A stretch of 20,000 bases of DNA from Trichoplax sp. H2 (GCA_003344405.1 NOWV01000281.1:47932-67931), one strand, 5' to 3'; positions 1 through 12,700 are shown, counted from the stretch's first letter. Notes: generated by a model not told the origin, from the sequence alone. Translations and numbers: made by a program.

Positions 1-769
1 AAGCTAGCCCTTAAAATACCACTTGTGTAAGGACAAAACAGCAGTCAATATGGCACGATATTAATAATCTGGTAACCTGCTTGTTATCTATCAATAAACA
101 TATCTTGAATAATGGAAAGCCAGAGATTACACTAGATAATCTACAATCTAGATTACTACGACGCTGTTGGAGTAAAACACAGTTTAATTAAAAACAATAA
201 AATAGGATTGCATTGAAAAGAATTATTAAGGAATGTTGATCGAGGAGGCACATTATCCATTTCACTAAAAGAAATAGTGTACAAGGGCAAAAGTCGGGCA
301 TAAGTGACTAACCAAGAGGGCTGATGGAGTAATATCGAGAAGAATACTAGAGTTAGGATGAGACTTGAGAATTCAAGACGAAAAGGGATAGATTGCAGTT
401 CAATAAGTGAATGTGTGAATAAACTCGAATAGGATAATCTAGAACTAAAGCGATTGAGTCTTTTATTTTTCTAGCCGATTGAACAAAACAGAAGGATTCT
501 TATCTACTGCAACATTAAATCATTATTCCGTAGTAAGGATTAAAATAAAGAATTAAGTCATGATACAGTCATTAAACTGTAGTGTTTGACCAACATAAAG
601 ATCTATGAGTAAATTTAAATGAATGAATACTAGGATAACTTCAAGGCTAATCAATCCGTGGTAAAAGAGTTTCAATGATAGCGAAACATTATGCCTCATT
701 ATGCTCATATTTCCTTGCTAATTCAACAAAATTAATGTACGAATATCAATAACAATCGGATATTGTAGC

Positions 770-1162
770 AAGGTAAAATAATTATTCACTACCATAGGCA
801 ACAGAACTACTGTAACCTAAATTCATATACTAGTATCTGCGTCAATAATATAACAAGGGAAAATAAATATCCTCTTTCATAGTCAAGCTAGTTTCAAATA
901 CTAGTATTTGTATCAATAATTATACTACAGCAAGAATAAAATAAATATCCATTTTCATAGTCAATTGAGTTACTGTAACCCAATTTTGAACGAGAGTTTC
1001 CGCATCAATAGTATTGTGATGGTAAAATAAATATCCACTTCCATGGTCAATAGAGCTACTATAACCTAATTTCAAATACTAGTATCTGCATCAATAATAG
1101 GGCAAGGATTAAATAACTATCGACTTCCATGGTCAACAGAGCTAGTGTAACCCTATTTCAAG
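770..1162. repeat. Degenerate tandem minisatellite, ~85 bp unit, ~5 copies
   Basis: The motif GGTAAAATAAATATCCACTTCCATGGTCAAYAGAGCTACTRTAACCTAATTTCAAATACTAGTATCTGCATCAATAAT recurs in diverged form, with unit starts near 772, 857, 935, 1021 and 1106. Unit lengths vary. Confidence 0.85.
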
Positions 1163-3028
1163 CGCAAGAACAGGATCACTAAAGACCCAAAGATAAATGA
1201 GCGCGGCTATCAAATTATATTATTAATATTGGCAAAACATCAACTGTGGTATGCATGTCTATTCTTAGCTGAAAAATAAACAATTCTATGCCATCTCAAA
1301 TCATTCTATTGATCAAGGTAATGAAATAAGACAACTCCAATGAATTCAGGTAATAGATACCCATGGTGTCCGTTAAAAGCGTTTTGTTAATAAAATCAAC
1401 TTTTAGCCCCTGTTGATCGATCAATCTCGTTGGCGATATTTGATCATGCTGGCATGATCTCAACGATAGTATGCATCTATCGATAAAATAATGGACTGTT
1501 TATAATGATGATTAAGCACTGCTAGCAATAAAACAACCAATTCTCTGTCTACAAACCATTAAAGTATTAAGCAATTACGAGAAAAATTAAAAATTTTATG
1601 AGAAGAGATCCTGTAGAACTACTCTATCTATTCCTAACGGCTCTCGTTGCTATAACGAAGACCTAATTCAACGGCTGGATATAATAAAAATGTGTTTGAG
1701 AGTGTTGGCAAAGTATTATAGTAAGAGTCCATACAGTGGAGGGTAATATTGTTGCTCTTCTTAATAGAAATCTTTGTCGTGATTACCTTTAAGAATACAA
1801 TTGATGAATGAAAGGATATTGTTTATTTATTCAAAATTTTAAAATATTCAAATTGGGCAATTAGCTGATGGAATGTGACAAAATTATTGTCACTTAAGGT
1901 CAGTATAGAAAGAGTTTCCTGCTTCCCGAATCATCTTCCGCCACCCCATTAAGTACAGGCCAATTATCAAGACAATCCGTTCAATCCAAATGATGACCAA
2001 GTACACGAATTAAGCAGAGTTATGCTTGCTTTCCAATGACCAGGACGTATAACTTTTCTGTAACATAGATAGGACAAAACTCCATTTGGATTTGGCAATG
2101 TTTTTTGTTCTAATATCTATTTTTTGATACATTAGTAATTCAACCTTGATCTAAAGCTACATTGCTTCTATTCTTCAACATAGTATAAATGTCCTACTGC
2201 TATTAAATATGGAGTCGTGGACCAATAGCTATCTAACATTTTCTCTACATCTATATTAAACTTATTCCAGGCCGATGTACAATTTAAAAGATAATTTTTG
2301 AGAGAAATAGATCACAGATTAGGTACAAGTATATTTAGAAAATTCGTTTACTCGTCTATCATGATAAATGGATAGAAAGTAGTAGTGGTAAAAGTATCTT
2401 TTGTAAAAATCGTAGACAAGTTTTAAAATTAACAGAAATAATTAGTTCTTGTCTTGCTTGTATATTATGCTCTTGCATACTATCAGTAAAAAGGAGAATA
2501 GATTAGAAAGAAAGCCGGTTACTGATCAAACAGACACTCGATAATAATCGTGCAGATAGAACTTAATGGGATGATAGATGAATTACTAATTAAGAATGGC
2601 GACAGCCTCATGGGATGCAAATTATCTTTTAACATTACCACCTAGACTATTGAATGGTAAATTAGACTCGGATCCTATAGCTCTTGTAATATAAATTAAA
2701 TAAATCAGAACGACAATTGAAGTAAATTATTCCTCATGATATGGACTTTTTATTCAATCGCATGACCTATAATGCATCAGCAGGTTATAGAATCTTAAAA
2801 TGCTTAGGAAGTTTGGCAAGAAATTAGCCTTTAATAGTAGCATAAGTGAAGCTGTAGAGATTTATGAACTATGCAATACAAACGGCAATTGTTGAGATAT
2901 CAAACTTCTAAATTGCTACACTTCCTAAATTAACTTGAATCTATTCTAATGATATGTATATCTACGTGATTAATAAGAGTTTAAAAGTTAAAACTATGCG
3001 AATATAGTCCATGCCGATGTTTTAAGTA

Positions 3029-3053
3029 ATATATATATATATATATATATATA
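3029..3053. repeat. (AT)12 microsatellite
   Basis: Uninterrupted AT dinucleotide run read directly. Confidence 0.97.
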
Positions 3054-3349
3054 ACACAACAGTATAAGATTACATATTTTCCAATTAGAAATAATTAACT
3101 AAAAAATTTCCATATTGTCTCTTTATTTGGCTCTTTTAGACAATTTACTAAAGCAATACAGCGAAGTATAATTATAAGATTCTGTAACTTTCTTCAAAAA
3201 TAATCTATTAAAAATTTTATTTATGTTATATCATTTTCATGGTAAGTTAATGTTTATGCTGTACAGTTAAATAAAACTATTAGATTGCAACCCTATTCCT
3301 AGCCTTTATCTATTAAAGATTTAAATCATTTAACATTCTACCATAAATC

Positions 3350-4600
3350 AAAATATCTTAATACTGGCAAAAGATATTGGATTAGACTTTGACTAATCTT
3401 AATCAAATATAAATTTTTTCCCAACCACTAATACTGCAATACTATAAAAGCTGATGTAAGAATCAGACTGTAAAGCGAATCTATTGAAGCTGCATATTAT
3501 CGAGCAGTAATTCCATAATTGATTTTAATGTTTCTTATTCATGGCAGATAATTAAGCTTCATTTCATCATAATCCAACAGAGTTTCATTTCTACCTGTAA
3601 CCTTATTAAAAAGTTGCGAAGCCATGCCTAGCTGATTAAACAAAATTTCAAGGACCTAATATTAATTCCGTCATTTTATAGGAAAACTTACTACTCATCA
3701 AAAATAATTTAGTATTGAGTTAATCATAACCAAATAAAAATACATTTTAGTCAATAACTGCATAAATTATAAAACTTTTGTACAACAGATGTGCTTAAGT
3801 TGAACTAATCAACAGGCCTTAAATCTCTGATTTGCTAGAAAATTGATCTTTCACGGAAGATAATCTATCGGATAAACGAACCATAAGCTTATATTCTATC
3901 TTAATCAAATAATAACTCTTTTCTACTAACAATGCTATAAAAATTGTTAAGCTACTGCCTAACTGATCTAATACAAAGCTTCAAATTCCAAATCGTAATC
4001 CCATAATTTATCGGAAAGCTTATTGCGCATTACAGATAAATTAAACATTGATTCAGATCTAATCAAATAGAAACTATTTTTAGCCAATAGCGTCGTAAAA
4101 CTTATAAAGCTATCGATGGCTAATATACTAAAATATCGAACGTATTAAAGGTCTCAAATTTACCGCCTATAGCCAGTAAGAAATGAAACATTGATTAATT
4201 AAATCTTAATCCAATAGAGACTCTTTTCGATATAGACGTTCTAAAACTATGGCAAAGCAGATGAAATAAACGTTTCACTACCTAATTTTAAACTCATAGA
4301 ATAGGCCCTTATCATGGATAATAAATTATCCAACCTCTATTCCATATTTAATCCCAAAAGTGATTAATCATAACTAATATCTCGTACAAAATTAAAGAAT
4401 GATTGAGAGACATCCAACTTGATTTCAATCATTAATTTTATAAGCTAGCATGTAATCTTTGTCTCACATTACAGCTTTAAACTATAGCATCTTAATCCCA
4501 TGATTCATCAGAATATTTACTATTGAGAGGAGATAATAATTTAAACATTAATTTAATCGTTATCAAATACATGTTCTTTCAATAACTAGAGCTCAAACTG
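3350..4600. repeat. Highly degenerate tandem array, ~150-190 bp unit, ~8 copies
   Basis: A core resembling CAGATAAATTAAACATTGATTNAATCTTAATCAAATAGAAACTNTTTT recurs, with its AATCAAATA-like anchor at ~3401, 3571, 3728, 3903, 4061, 4208, 4372 and 4561. Confidence 0.6.
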
Positions 4601-4932
4601 ACTAGAAGACTCTTGCAACTTTGTGTATTCATCAAGCAAGTTTCTTGACATTATTAACTATCATCGATCATTGAAATATGCATATTGTGTAGAAGAAAGT
4701 CGTATCCTGATTGTTTGGCAGCTGTTAATATTTATTTTATTATGTCTAATTTCCATTACCCAGTTGATCATCAACATGAGCTAATTCAATATTCTAATTA
4801 TCCAGGTAATCATGAAAGTATTTGGAGGTTATTGTTCCTAAATGCTACGTCATTCTTGATTATTTTATTCATTCACGATAAAGAGTAAGCATAAAGGAAA
4901 TTTTAGGCGTGATGACTTTAATTATTTACCAG

Positions 4933-5650
4933 AACGATATTTAAAATCAATCTTAGCCAAAGCAGCTTCTATGTTTGGACCACGATTAGCGCTAATTCCA
5001 ACCCCCTTTAATACTTGATTGATGGATAATTTCGATTATGCACTATAGCGTAGACTTTGGAGACATAATTGCGTCGCTTATACGAATTATGGAGAATCGA
5101 TTTTGAATGTTATAACTCAACTTTGTACATCTTCCAAGCTCTCCTAATTATATTATTAATTCAGTTGGATTATTGATGTACCTAAACTAATCATTAATGT
5201 CTTTCACGTCCAAATGATGTCAGTCCCTATTCTAAATGATATCTGAAAGTTTAATCTTGGTCGAGATAAAGTTCTTTACTAAAACACCAATTAAGACTTT
5301 TTCCAGCCTTCTTTATTTTAGATTGATAGATAATTTTCGTTCGATACTTGAATATAGATTAAGAAGTAATAATCAAGTCTTTACTACAAGTCAAATGATA
5401 TCTTAAAGATTAATCTAAACCGAGATAAAGGTTCTTCACTAAAAAGTCAATTAAGTGTTAATTCCAGCCCTCTTTATGCTTGATTGATGGGTAATTTCCA
5501 TTAGATACTTGAACATGGACTATCAAGTGAAAATTAAGTCTTCAATACAAATTAAGTAACGTTGATTTTGAATATTATGACCCCACCTTGCACACCTTTG
5601 GGAGGCATATTAATTATATGATAAGTTCAATTCGACTGTGAAGGTGTTCC
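4933..5650. repeat. Local duplications: ~159-bp tandem pair (5234-5392 and 5393-~5551) plus a more diverged copy at ~4933-5190
   Basis: AAATGATATCT..AATCT..CGAGATAAAG..TTCCAGCC..TTTAT..GATTGAT..TAATTT..GATACTTGAA aligns at 5234 and 5393. The 4933 copy shares AATTCCA-CCC-CTTTA..CTTGATTGATGG-TAATTTC and GATTTTGAAT-TTAT with the 5393 copy. Confidence 0.8.
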
Positions 5651-6878
5651 ATAACTACTTGTCGATTTCATTTTTATCTAAAATAAATGCGGACAAACTG
5701 AGTGATTATTTATTGTTTTAAATGCGTTTATTGTGATGATCTATTCTCAAGAATATGCAAAAATGAAAAAGTAGATACAAAAGATTACCGCTATAACAGC
5801 CCTTTCCATCGCTTGCTAAAATTATGATTATTATTATCGATAAAATTCTTACTGGAGCAAGAATAGCACATCCATAAGATATATATATGAAGTTTCCTTT
5901 GAATTTTATTGATTTACTTCCTTAGATCTGATAGTTTGTATCCCTGAAAAACTAGCGACAATGGTTAAGTTTGTATGTAATTATCCTTTGTATAACTCCA
6001 CCCTTACTTTATTTGATTATAGGCTGATACTGGATTAAAGGAAAAAAAAATGATCGTTTGTATCCTTGTTCGATTTGTCATATTCACCCCACAAAGACAA
6101 AGTGTCGTACGTGTAAATTAAGTAATAATATAAAGGATGTTAAAGTTTAGAAGCTTTCATTCACTATCATTCGGTAAATAATAAAAGAATTTTGTTTCTT
6201 TGATTTAGTGTCAAAATAAAGATTAGGTCAAAGTTCTGTAGACGAACTCACATGGATGGAGAATTTCGCCTTCCTAGTTCTGTATCAATCCAGTTCCTTG
6301 ATGTATCGGTAGAAGGATTAAAGCTCTTGAATTTGGATATAAAATAGAAACTAGTCAAGTTATATAGATGGCTCTATGTTTAGATCGAAATGTTTATTTA
6401 ATATTATATGCATATGCTTTGAGTCTGTAATCATTTAGCATGACTATTTCATTCTATTTTATGAAATACCTTCACTCTAGAACAAGTCAAGATAGACTAA
6501 TCAAGATTACTTCGTCCTAAGGGAATAGGAATCCACTAATTAATAAGTAAACTTGTTTTCAATCTATACAATCGATATTCAGCTTGAGGAAAATTAGTTT
6601 AATGAGTCATCATATCGTTAAACAATGAATCGAATGTTAATTAACTCCTAGAGGCACGCGATTTACAAAATAATTTTCAACTGGCATTAATCACGATGAA
6701 TTGTTTTCCATAAACTAGAGCAAAAGGGCGGAGAATGACAACTTAAATAAGAAACAAAATAACTCGGAAAGAAAGAAATTATATAAACATAGAAATCCTT
6801 CGATGCTAATAAATGTATTGTAGTGAAAAACAATTTATTCTTTACCTTAGTTTTATTGCTGCTTTGATATTTTCCCAT
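5627..6878 (-). other. Candidate spliced minus-strand small gene or lncRNA with very short exons (speculative)
   Basis: Exon-like segments bounded by canonical splice dinucleotides on the minus strand: 6878-6846 (aacATGG..AAG|gtaaag), 6325-6252 (|gtgagt), 6029-6008, 5951-5918 (or 5943-5918), 5815-5789, 5677-5627. One in-frame joining gives a 72-aa peptide. No recognisable homology. Confidence 0.2.
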
Positions 6879-9586
6879 GTTATTAATCGATGATAAATTC
6901 GAATAATAACAATTAAGCTGTTCAAGCTTAACAGTTGGCGTTACTAACAATTAAAAGGTCTGAGGTCTTGTCCGGTCTTATTACAATTGATAACGAAGAG
7001 CAACTTCGACAATCACGCAGTCGGATGTTTGTCCTAAAATAGGTTTCTATCAACTATGTTACTTGAAGTAATTCTAAAACATAAAACGGATACACTATCT
7101 TAAATAGTAACCTTCCCAGTGCAATGCTACCGGGTGAAATTAAAGTTACGATTCTCTTTGGCATCACATAATTGTCACATCGTTTCCATTTCTTGCATAA
7201 TTATACGCTATTTAGTACAATATAAGCTATTACGTTACCATGTATTTGGTAGTCTACTGAAACAATGTATCCAGAAGCGGAGCTTAGTTACTATCTTATA
7301 TTCGCGAAGCTTAATTGAGGGAACTCTTATGGGCTGCTAGAATAAGACACTATGATACATAATAGCAAGCGTAGATTCTCTACTGTGCTATAATCATGTA
7401 CAGAATAGTTACAGTTTACGATAGAATTATACTTAAATTTGATTAAAATAGGCATTATTTTCGTAAATTCAGCTAAGGGAGTTGTGAAAGAAGGCTGCAT
7501 CTAGATGATAGGTTATACTTTTTAAAACTAAAAGTAAATGCTATTTTTAAACTGTAGTAGATTATAAAAAATTCAACTAGATTGTGCAAGAGTAATTTAT
7601 AATTTTATCATAATATTATCTCAATATGCAGGTTACTGTGTTTGCTTACAGTTTCTGATAATATAGTTATTCAGTTTGCAGAAATGTAATATACATACTT
7701 CAGTATTTGGCATTAGACTTGTGAAAGAACATATCTAGATAATGATTACCCCATCGCTTCATACTTAATATAAATTAACCGCTGCAAAATAATTTTAGCT
7801 GCTTGAAAGCAAATGACCTAAAATTTTTATAGGTTATTCCTTAAATTTTTAAGGGCTCTATATAGCAAAGTTTAAGATTTTAGATACTTTTATTTAAAGC
7901 CTTCGAGAATAAATATATTCAAAATATGCGCGTATCTGATACTGTATGTAAGGATAACCAATTCAGAATTTGTTCATATCACTGCATTTAAAAAGTCGCA
8001 ATAGATCTTGAGCTGGTTATGCATTGTTAATGCTACTATATTGAAAATTTCAGTTCAATAATTTTAAACAACTAATTTAATTTAAGTGCATTGAATTTTA
8101 ATATTAAAGAGAACCATTAGCACATTTTACTCAGTTATGAATCTCAATTAAAAATTTAATCGTATAAAACTAGTACTACTAGTATTGCAAAGTTTATTGA
8201 TGAACATTATACACAGTTTCAGCGAATGTTAAATCGATGCATTTCAATACCTGTGTGTTGCATACTAGAGAATTTCTCGTCAATTTGTGCAGTAGATGTA
8301 ATATACCACAGATAAAACTTCACATGTTTGATGCGTTATGATGAATTATGTAAAAGAAAAATGAGACGTGGACTTACGTTACCACTAATACCTACAGTTA
8401 GTGTGACTCACTTGGTTTACGGATTTTAAGATATTAAAATTTAATATAATCGTTGATAATTGTAAGATTTAAACGATCAAAACGCCTATAGAAATGCAAT
8501 TTTTTTTAATCTTTATCGATTTAAGACTAGGGTATTGCGCTAGTGAACTGGAATGATGTGATTGAGTAAGAAGCACGTTAATAGTGTCTAAGAGTATCTC
8601 TGAATCAGTCTTAGTATTATATGCTTAAATAAAAGAAAAGTTTGAAAATAAACTCAAATTTAATACATCGTACTAATCTTCACCACTTATTTTATTAGAG
8701 CATTTCACACTTAGTATTCTTTTCTTTTCTATCCCATAGCTCATTTTTTTTATATGTGGTCTCAGCTTATTGATGTTGTTGTAATCCATCGTTCTACATT
8801 TATATAAAACCCCACAGGATAACTTGATGAAATTAAATTCTATTTCTTTAAAGCACTGAAGTGTGATGTTAGGAATTTGGTTACGTTATGATCATTTCAA
8901 CGCTATTTGTAAATTATTAAACATTGATACTAATACCTGACGTATTTATTTCGGTTTACATCGGCCAATATTGTTATTCCTGGCCTAGGGTACAAAGGAC
9001 AGCTAAACTTATATGGCTACCGATCCTCTTTTGTGCTTTATATATTAACCACAGATTCACTTTCTTATACAGATATCGTCATAAGGCATTAGATTGGACT
9101 ATTTCAAATATCATTGCATATCATACCGTACTTATTATGCATTACAGCCGTAGCATATTATACGTAATAGTAAATATTGAAGGTATTTAGGGGTAACTCA
9201 ATAACCCAGGTTCTATACAATCTATGATACGTTACAAATTTATGTTATCACTTTTTTTTAAGTCTATCTTACTTAATTTAAAAATTAAATAAAATTCGAT
9301 GTGAATTATTAGCATAATAAAATTATACAGAAATAATAACAGTAATAAAATAAAATTTATCTCTAAATTTTAACTCGTCGATTATAAGCTTTCAGCATAA
9401 TGTTAACTCGTATTAAACGCATACTCAAAGTAGCCATTTGTAAATGTTCTTGTTTTTTACTGCACTTAGTATGAGACAGTAGGTATAAAAGGGTGCTAAT
9501 ATCAATTCAATATGAATAATAGGAAACGATTAGAGATAGTCTAGTCAAGTACTATGGTGTCCTTTATGCTGTTGTTGCTATCCTTC

Positions 9587-9600
9587 GTTACCATAGCAAC
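9587..9600. promoter_or_regulatory. RFX X-box motif GTTACCATAGCAAC
   Basis: Matches the 14-bp X-box consensus GTYNCY-AT-RGNAAC and ends 87 nt upstream of the ATG of a predicted ciliary gene. An extra GTTGC half-site lies at 9574-9578. Confidence 0.8.
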
Positions 9601-9687
9601 ACCATTTCGATGCTAAGTGTGTATCATCGTAGAATTGGAGTGAGCACAGTTGATGTTAGTCAGATATTTTAAATCATTTCTACGCCA

Positions 9688-9762
9688 ATGGCAGCTTCTA
9701 CCGCGAGTTATCATCGACGCCAATCTCGAAGAGATGCCAAGGAAGTTATAAATCGACCTAAG
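9688..9762 (+). CDS. TEX26: TEX26-like exon 1 (MAASTASYHRRQSRRDAKEVINRPK)
   Basis: ccaATGG start, locally GC-richer, donor AAG|gtatta, phase 0, downstream of the X-box. Confidence 0.7.
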
Positions 9763-12700
9763 GTATTATCAACTAAATTATTTCAATAGCTTTTGGCTAT
9801 AAAGCAGTATGACATAAGGCTTAATCAGTGCACAAGTAAGATCATTTTAACAAACGCTAGTTTTAAAAATGAAAATCAGTGTACAGCTTTTCTTCCTTCC
9901 CTACTAGCTTAAAAGTAACAGATTATTCTTGTTAACCATGATATTACTATATTCGGTTCTACACAGAGCTAACACTTAGAATTAAATTTCATGTTAAATT
10001 CATAAGATATAGATAAAATTAACATAGTTATAGAATTGTAGCGTTAAGTTTAAATCTATCCTAATCAATTAGATATTGGTCATCACCATCTACATTCTAA
10101 CCTGTATTGTAGCTATAGAAGCTACAAAGTAAACGGTCAGTGCTGATACAGGCATGATTTATAGTTATTGAACGTTAGATAGTGTTAGATAGCCTTTAAG
10201 ATTTCTATTACTATTAGCTAAGGTAGTCAATTTTGTTTAGGTGACTTTATAAAATTAAAGAATGAGTAAAAATTGCCTATCGATAAGGTATGATATTTAG
10301 AACTGTAGATTTTGCTCCGCTAGTTAGAAGGAGAAGTATAATGAAATTCTTATATAAAAAGATCCAATTCTTTCTGTAGTTCAAAACGATCTAATATTTT
10401 GATATTCTACTCAAATATTATGAAAATCAAGTCTATTTCTGACTTTGTGAAAACTTATTAACAAGTTGAATGATATAATTGATCGATAGCCCACACAATC
10501 AGCTTAAAGAGACTTATACTTGTATTTATTAAAGAATTTAGAAATACTAATAGTCCGATACTCTCCTAGGAATAAACATTAAAGCACTCTTTTAAAGATC
10601 TATTGAAAGGAAGTTAGAGCTATAAAACTCTGTAAACAATATATAATTAACGATTATGCACATAAATAAGGTTTAATTTAATTTAATAGTTAGATCTTGA
10701 GACGACCAGAAATCAAATATAGTACAGTTACGTATTTAATGATAGAATACACTCAATTATAATTATTTACTAGACAAAGGGGATTACTACAGCAAATACG
10801 ATACTCCGTGGATACAGGATGTAACTTTTGAGTAAAAGTATTGTTATTACAGACGTTAAGGCAACCCAATATCTATGATTGACTGTTAGCCTTGCAGAAA
10901 TAAAATGCAATAAGACAAGTAATACATCTATATCTTTAAAGTATTTTCATGAGTAATATTGATGATGTGAAATCGTACTGTCGATTAAAATCTATAATCG
11001 ATTGTTTTTTATACGTGTATTACGCGTAAACGTAAATGATAAGAAATATTTGAATATGACTCCTAGATATTTCTTAAAATTCTTTCAAAACATGATTTAG
11101 TTGTCTTGATACAAACTAAAATGAAAGATTCCCACTCGGCTTGATAGTACCAAGTCAATCATAGATAGTGTGATAAATTGGGAGTAATATTATCTGAACG
11201 TAGCTACTGCAATTTTCTAATTATAGTTTAAATGGTAATAATAATTTTCATATTTTTGTTATTGCTATGAATACAGGTAGAACTAAATGAATACATTTTA
11301 AGTGAAAAATTGAAGGATAGGCTTCAACAGTTACATTCGAATGCACCTGAAAATCATAAGAGAATATTTAAAGAATACATAGACGAATTTGAAGACAGGC
11401 AGCGTACTGGTAGCCGGAAAAGCTCAGCAGGTACCCTTTAACGTGCAATAAAGTATTTGATTTTTTATTAGGTTTTAAGCTTTAAATCTTATTGCCAAAC
11501 AGAGGTAATTCTATATCGTATGTTGAGCAGAATTATATTATTTCTTTACAAGATGATTGTATGTGTATTGTAGTTTCTATCATTGACATTATTCATATTA
11601 CTGAATAGTAAAAGTAAGAATCTCTTGCTATTTTTTACGTCTTTTCGTAATATCGAAATTCATTATTAGGCTTATAAATTTACAGATAATTTGTTCTGTA
11701 GACAAGGGATGCGGCCCGTTTAACTAATCAATTAAAAATCAAAAATGAGCTGAGACTTAACAATATTCATGCCATAATTTTATTATGTTAGTTTTATTAA
11801 ATTATGTCAAGTCAATAATATCGTTCTAAGCATGCTAATAAATAGCTATAATTTATCTTTTCTATACGTAATAGCCAGGTTTGGTTTAATGGAGGCTAAT
11901 TCTTGTAATAATCTATAAAACATAACTTTTACATATTTTACTTCATAATACTTTAGGATCTTTGCCTTTTTTATTCTAGTTTGCAAAAGCCTTCATCTTT
12001 TTGCTACTAATATTTGATAGTTTCAAGATTAAGTCAAAGGCTACAAAATTTAATGGACTTAAGCAGAATCATATATATTTATTTGGTTACGAAATTAATT
12101 TAAATAGGAGGATGTTTTCGATTTAGTATTACTGTTACGGCCAATCCCGGGAATTGGCCATTCCCGGGAACGCGAAATTGCTGGTCATTCCTGGGATTGA
12201 CCGTAGCATTACTTGTTACTAATTCAGTTTACATCAGAATTTAAAAAATTTCCTATATCTAATTAATCAAACCATAATTCGCACTGAGTTGATTTTAACA
12301 TCCCATAAGTGTGTTGAAATAAGAAAATCGGACATGATCTCGACGTGAAAATAAATTTGATTAGATGATAATGTATTTCGGTGTATATAACTTTTTAGAT
12401 AGCCTTTGATATAACCGTAATTTATAATAGACCCAGTATGCTACATACCTCAAATCTGAAGATTTATGAGATATGTTAAGATAGATAGAAATTTCTAGGG
12501 TAGAAACACATTTTCTATTATTCCATAAAGAACATTTCTAGAGTTAAAATGCTGAAATTTTCTTATAATATCTATATTTCTATATGCTTGATAATAATAT
12601 CTTATCGATGGATTTAATTATCTATTTCTTTAGCTCCATTTTCTAAAGCTATAACATCACATCGACTTGATTTTAAGTATCAATTTCAACCACCAGCCAA

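Noticed and set aside
1413..1470. Short palindromes TTGATCGATCAA and GATCATGC-TG-GCATGATC
   Set aside because: Too short, with no TSD or extended stem, and compatible with chance.
1910..2060. GC-richer, exon-looking segment
   Set aside because: All six frames are interrupted by stops and I could not link it to other exons. A terminal exon or pseudogene fragment is not excluded.
4685..4888. 67-aa ORF
   Set aside because: Non-ATG start, no recognisable motif, and a length expected by chance.
6687..6950. 87-aa minus-strand ORF as a single-exon gene
   Set aside because: TTG start and a low-complexity F/S/Y tail after a donor-like site at 6845. At most the segment 6878-6846 is a candidate exon.
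7119..7340. 73-aa ORF
   Set aside because: GTG start, no motif, and no convincing splice partners.
8924..9190. 88-aa hydrophobic ORF
   Set aside because: TTG start, and the I/Y/L/F bias simply reflects AT-rich DNA.
9484..9491. TATAAAAG as TATA box of the TEX26-like gene
   Set aside because: It would place the X-box inside the transcript, and the motif is frequent in AT-rich DNA. It cannot be supported without TSS data.
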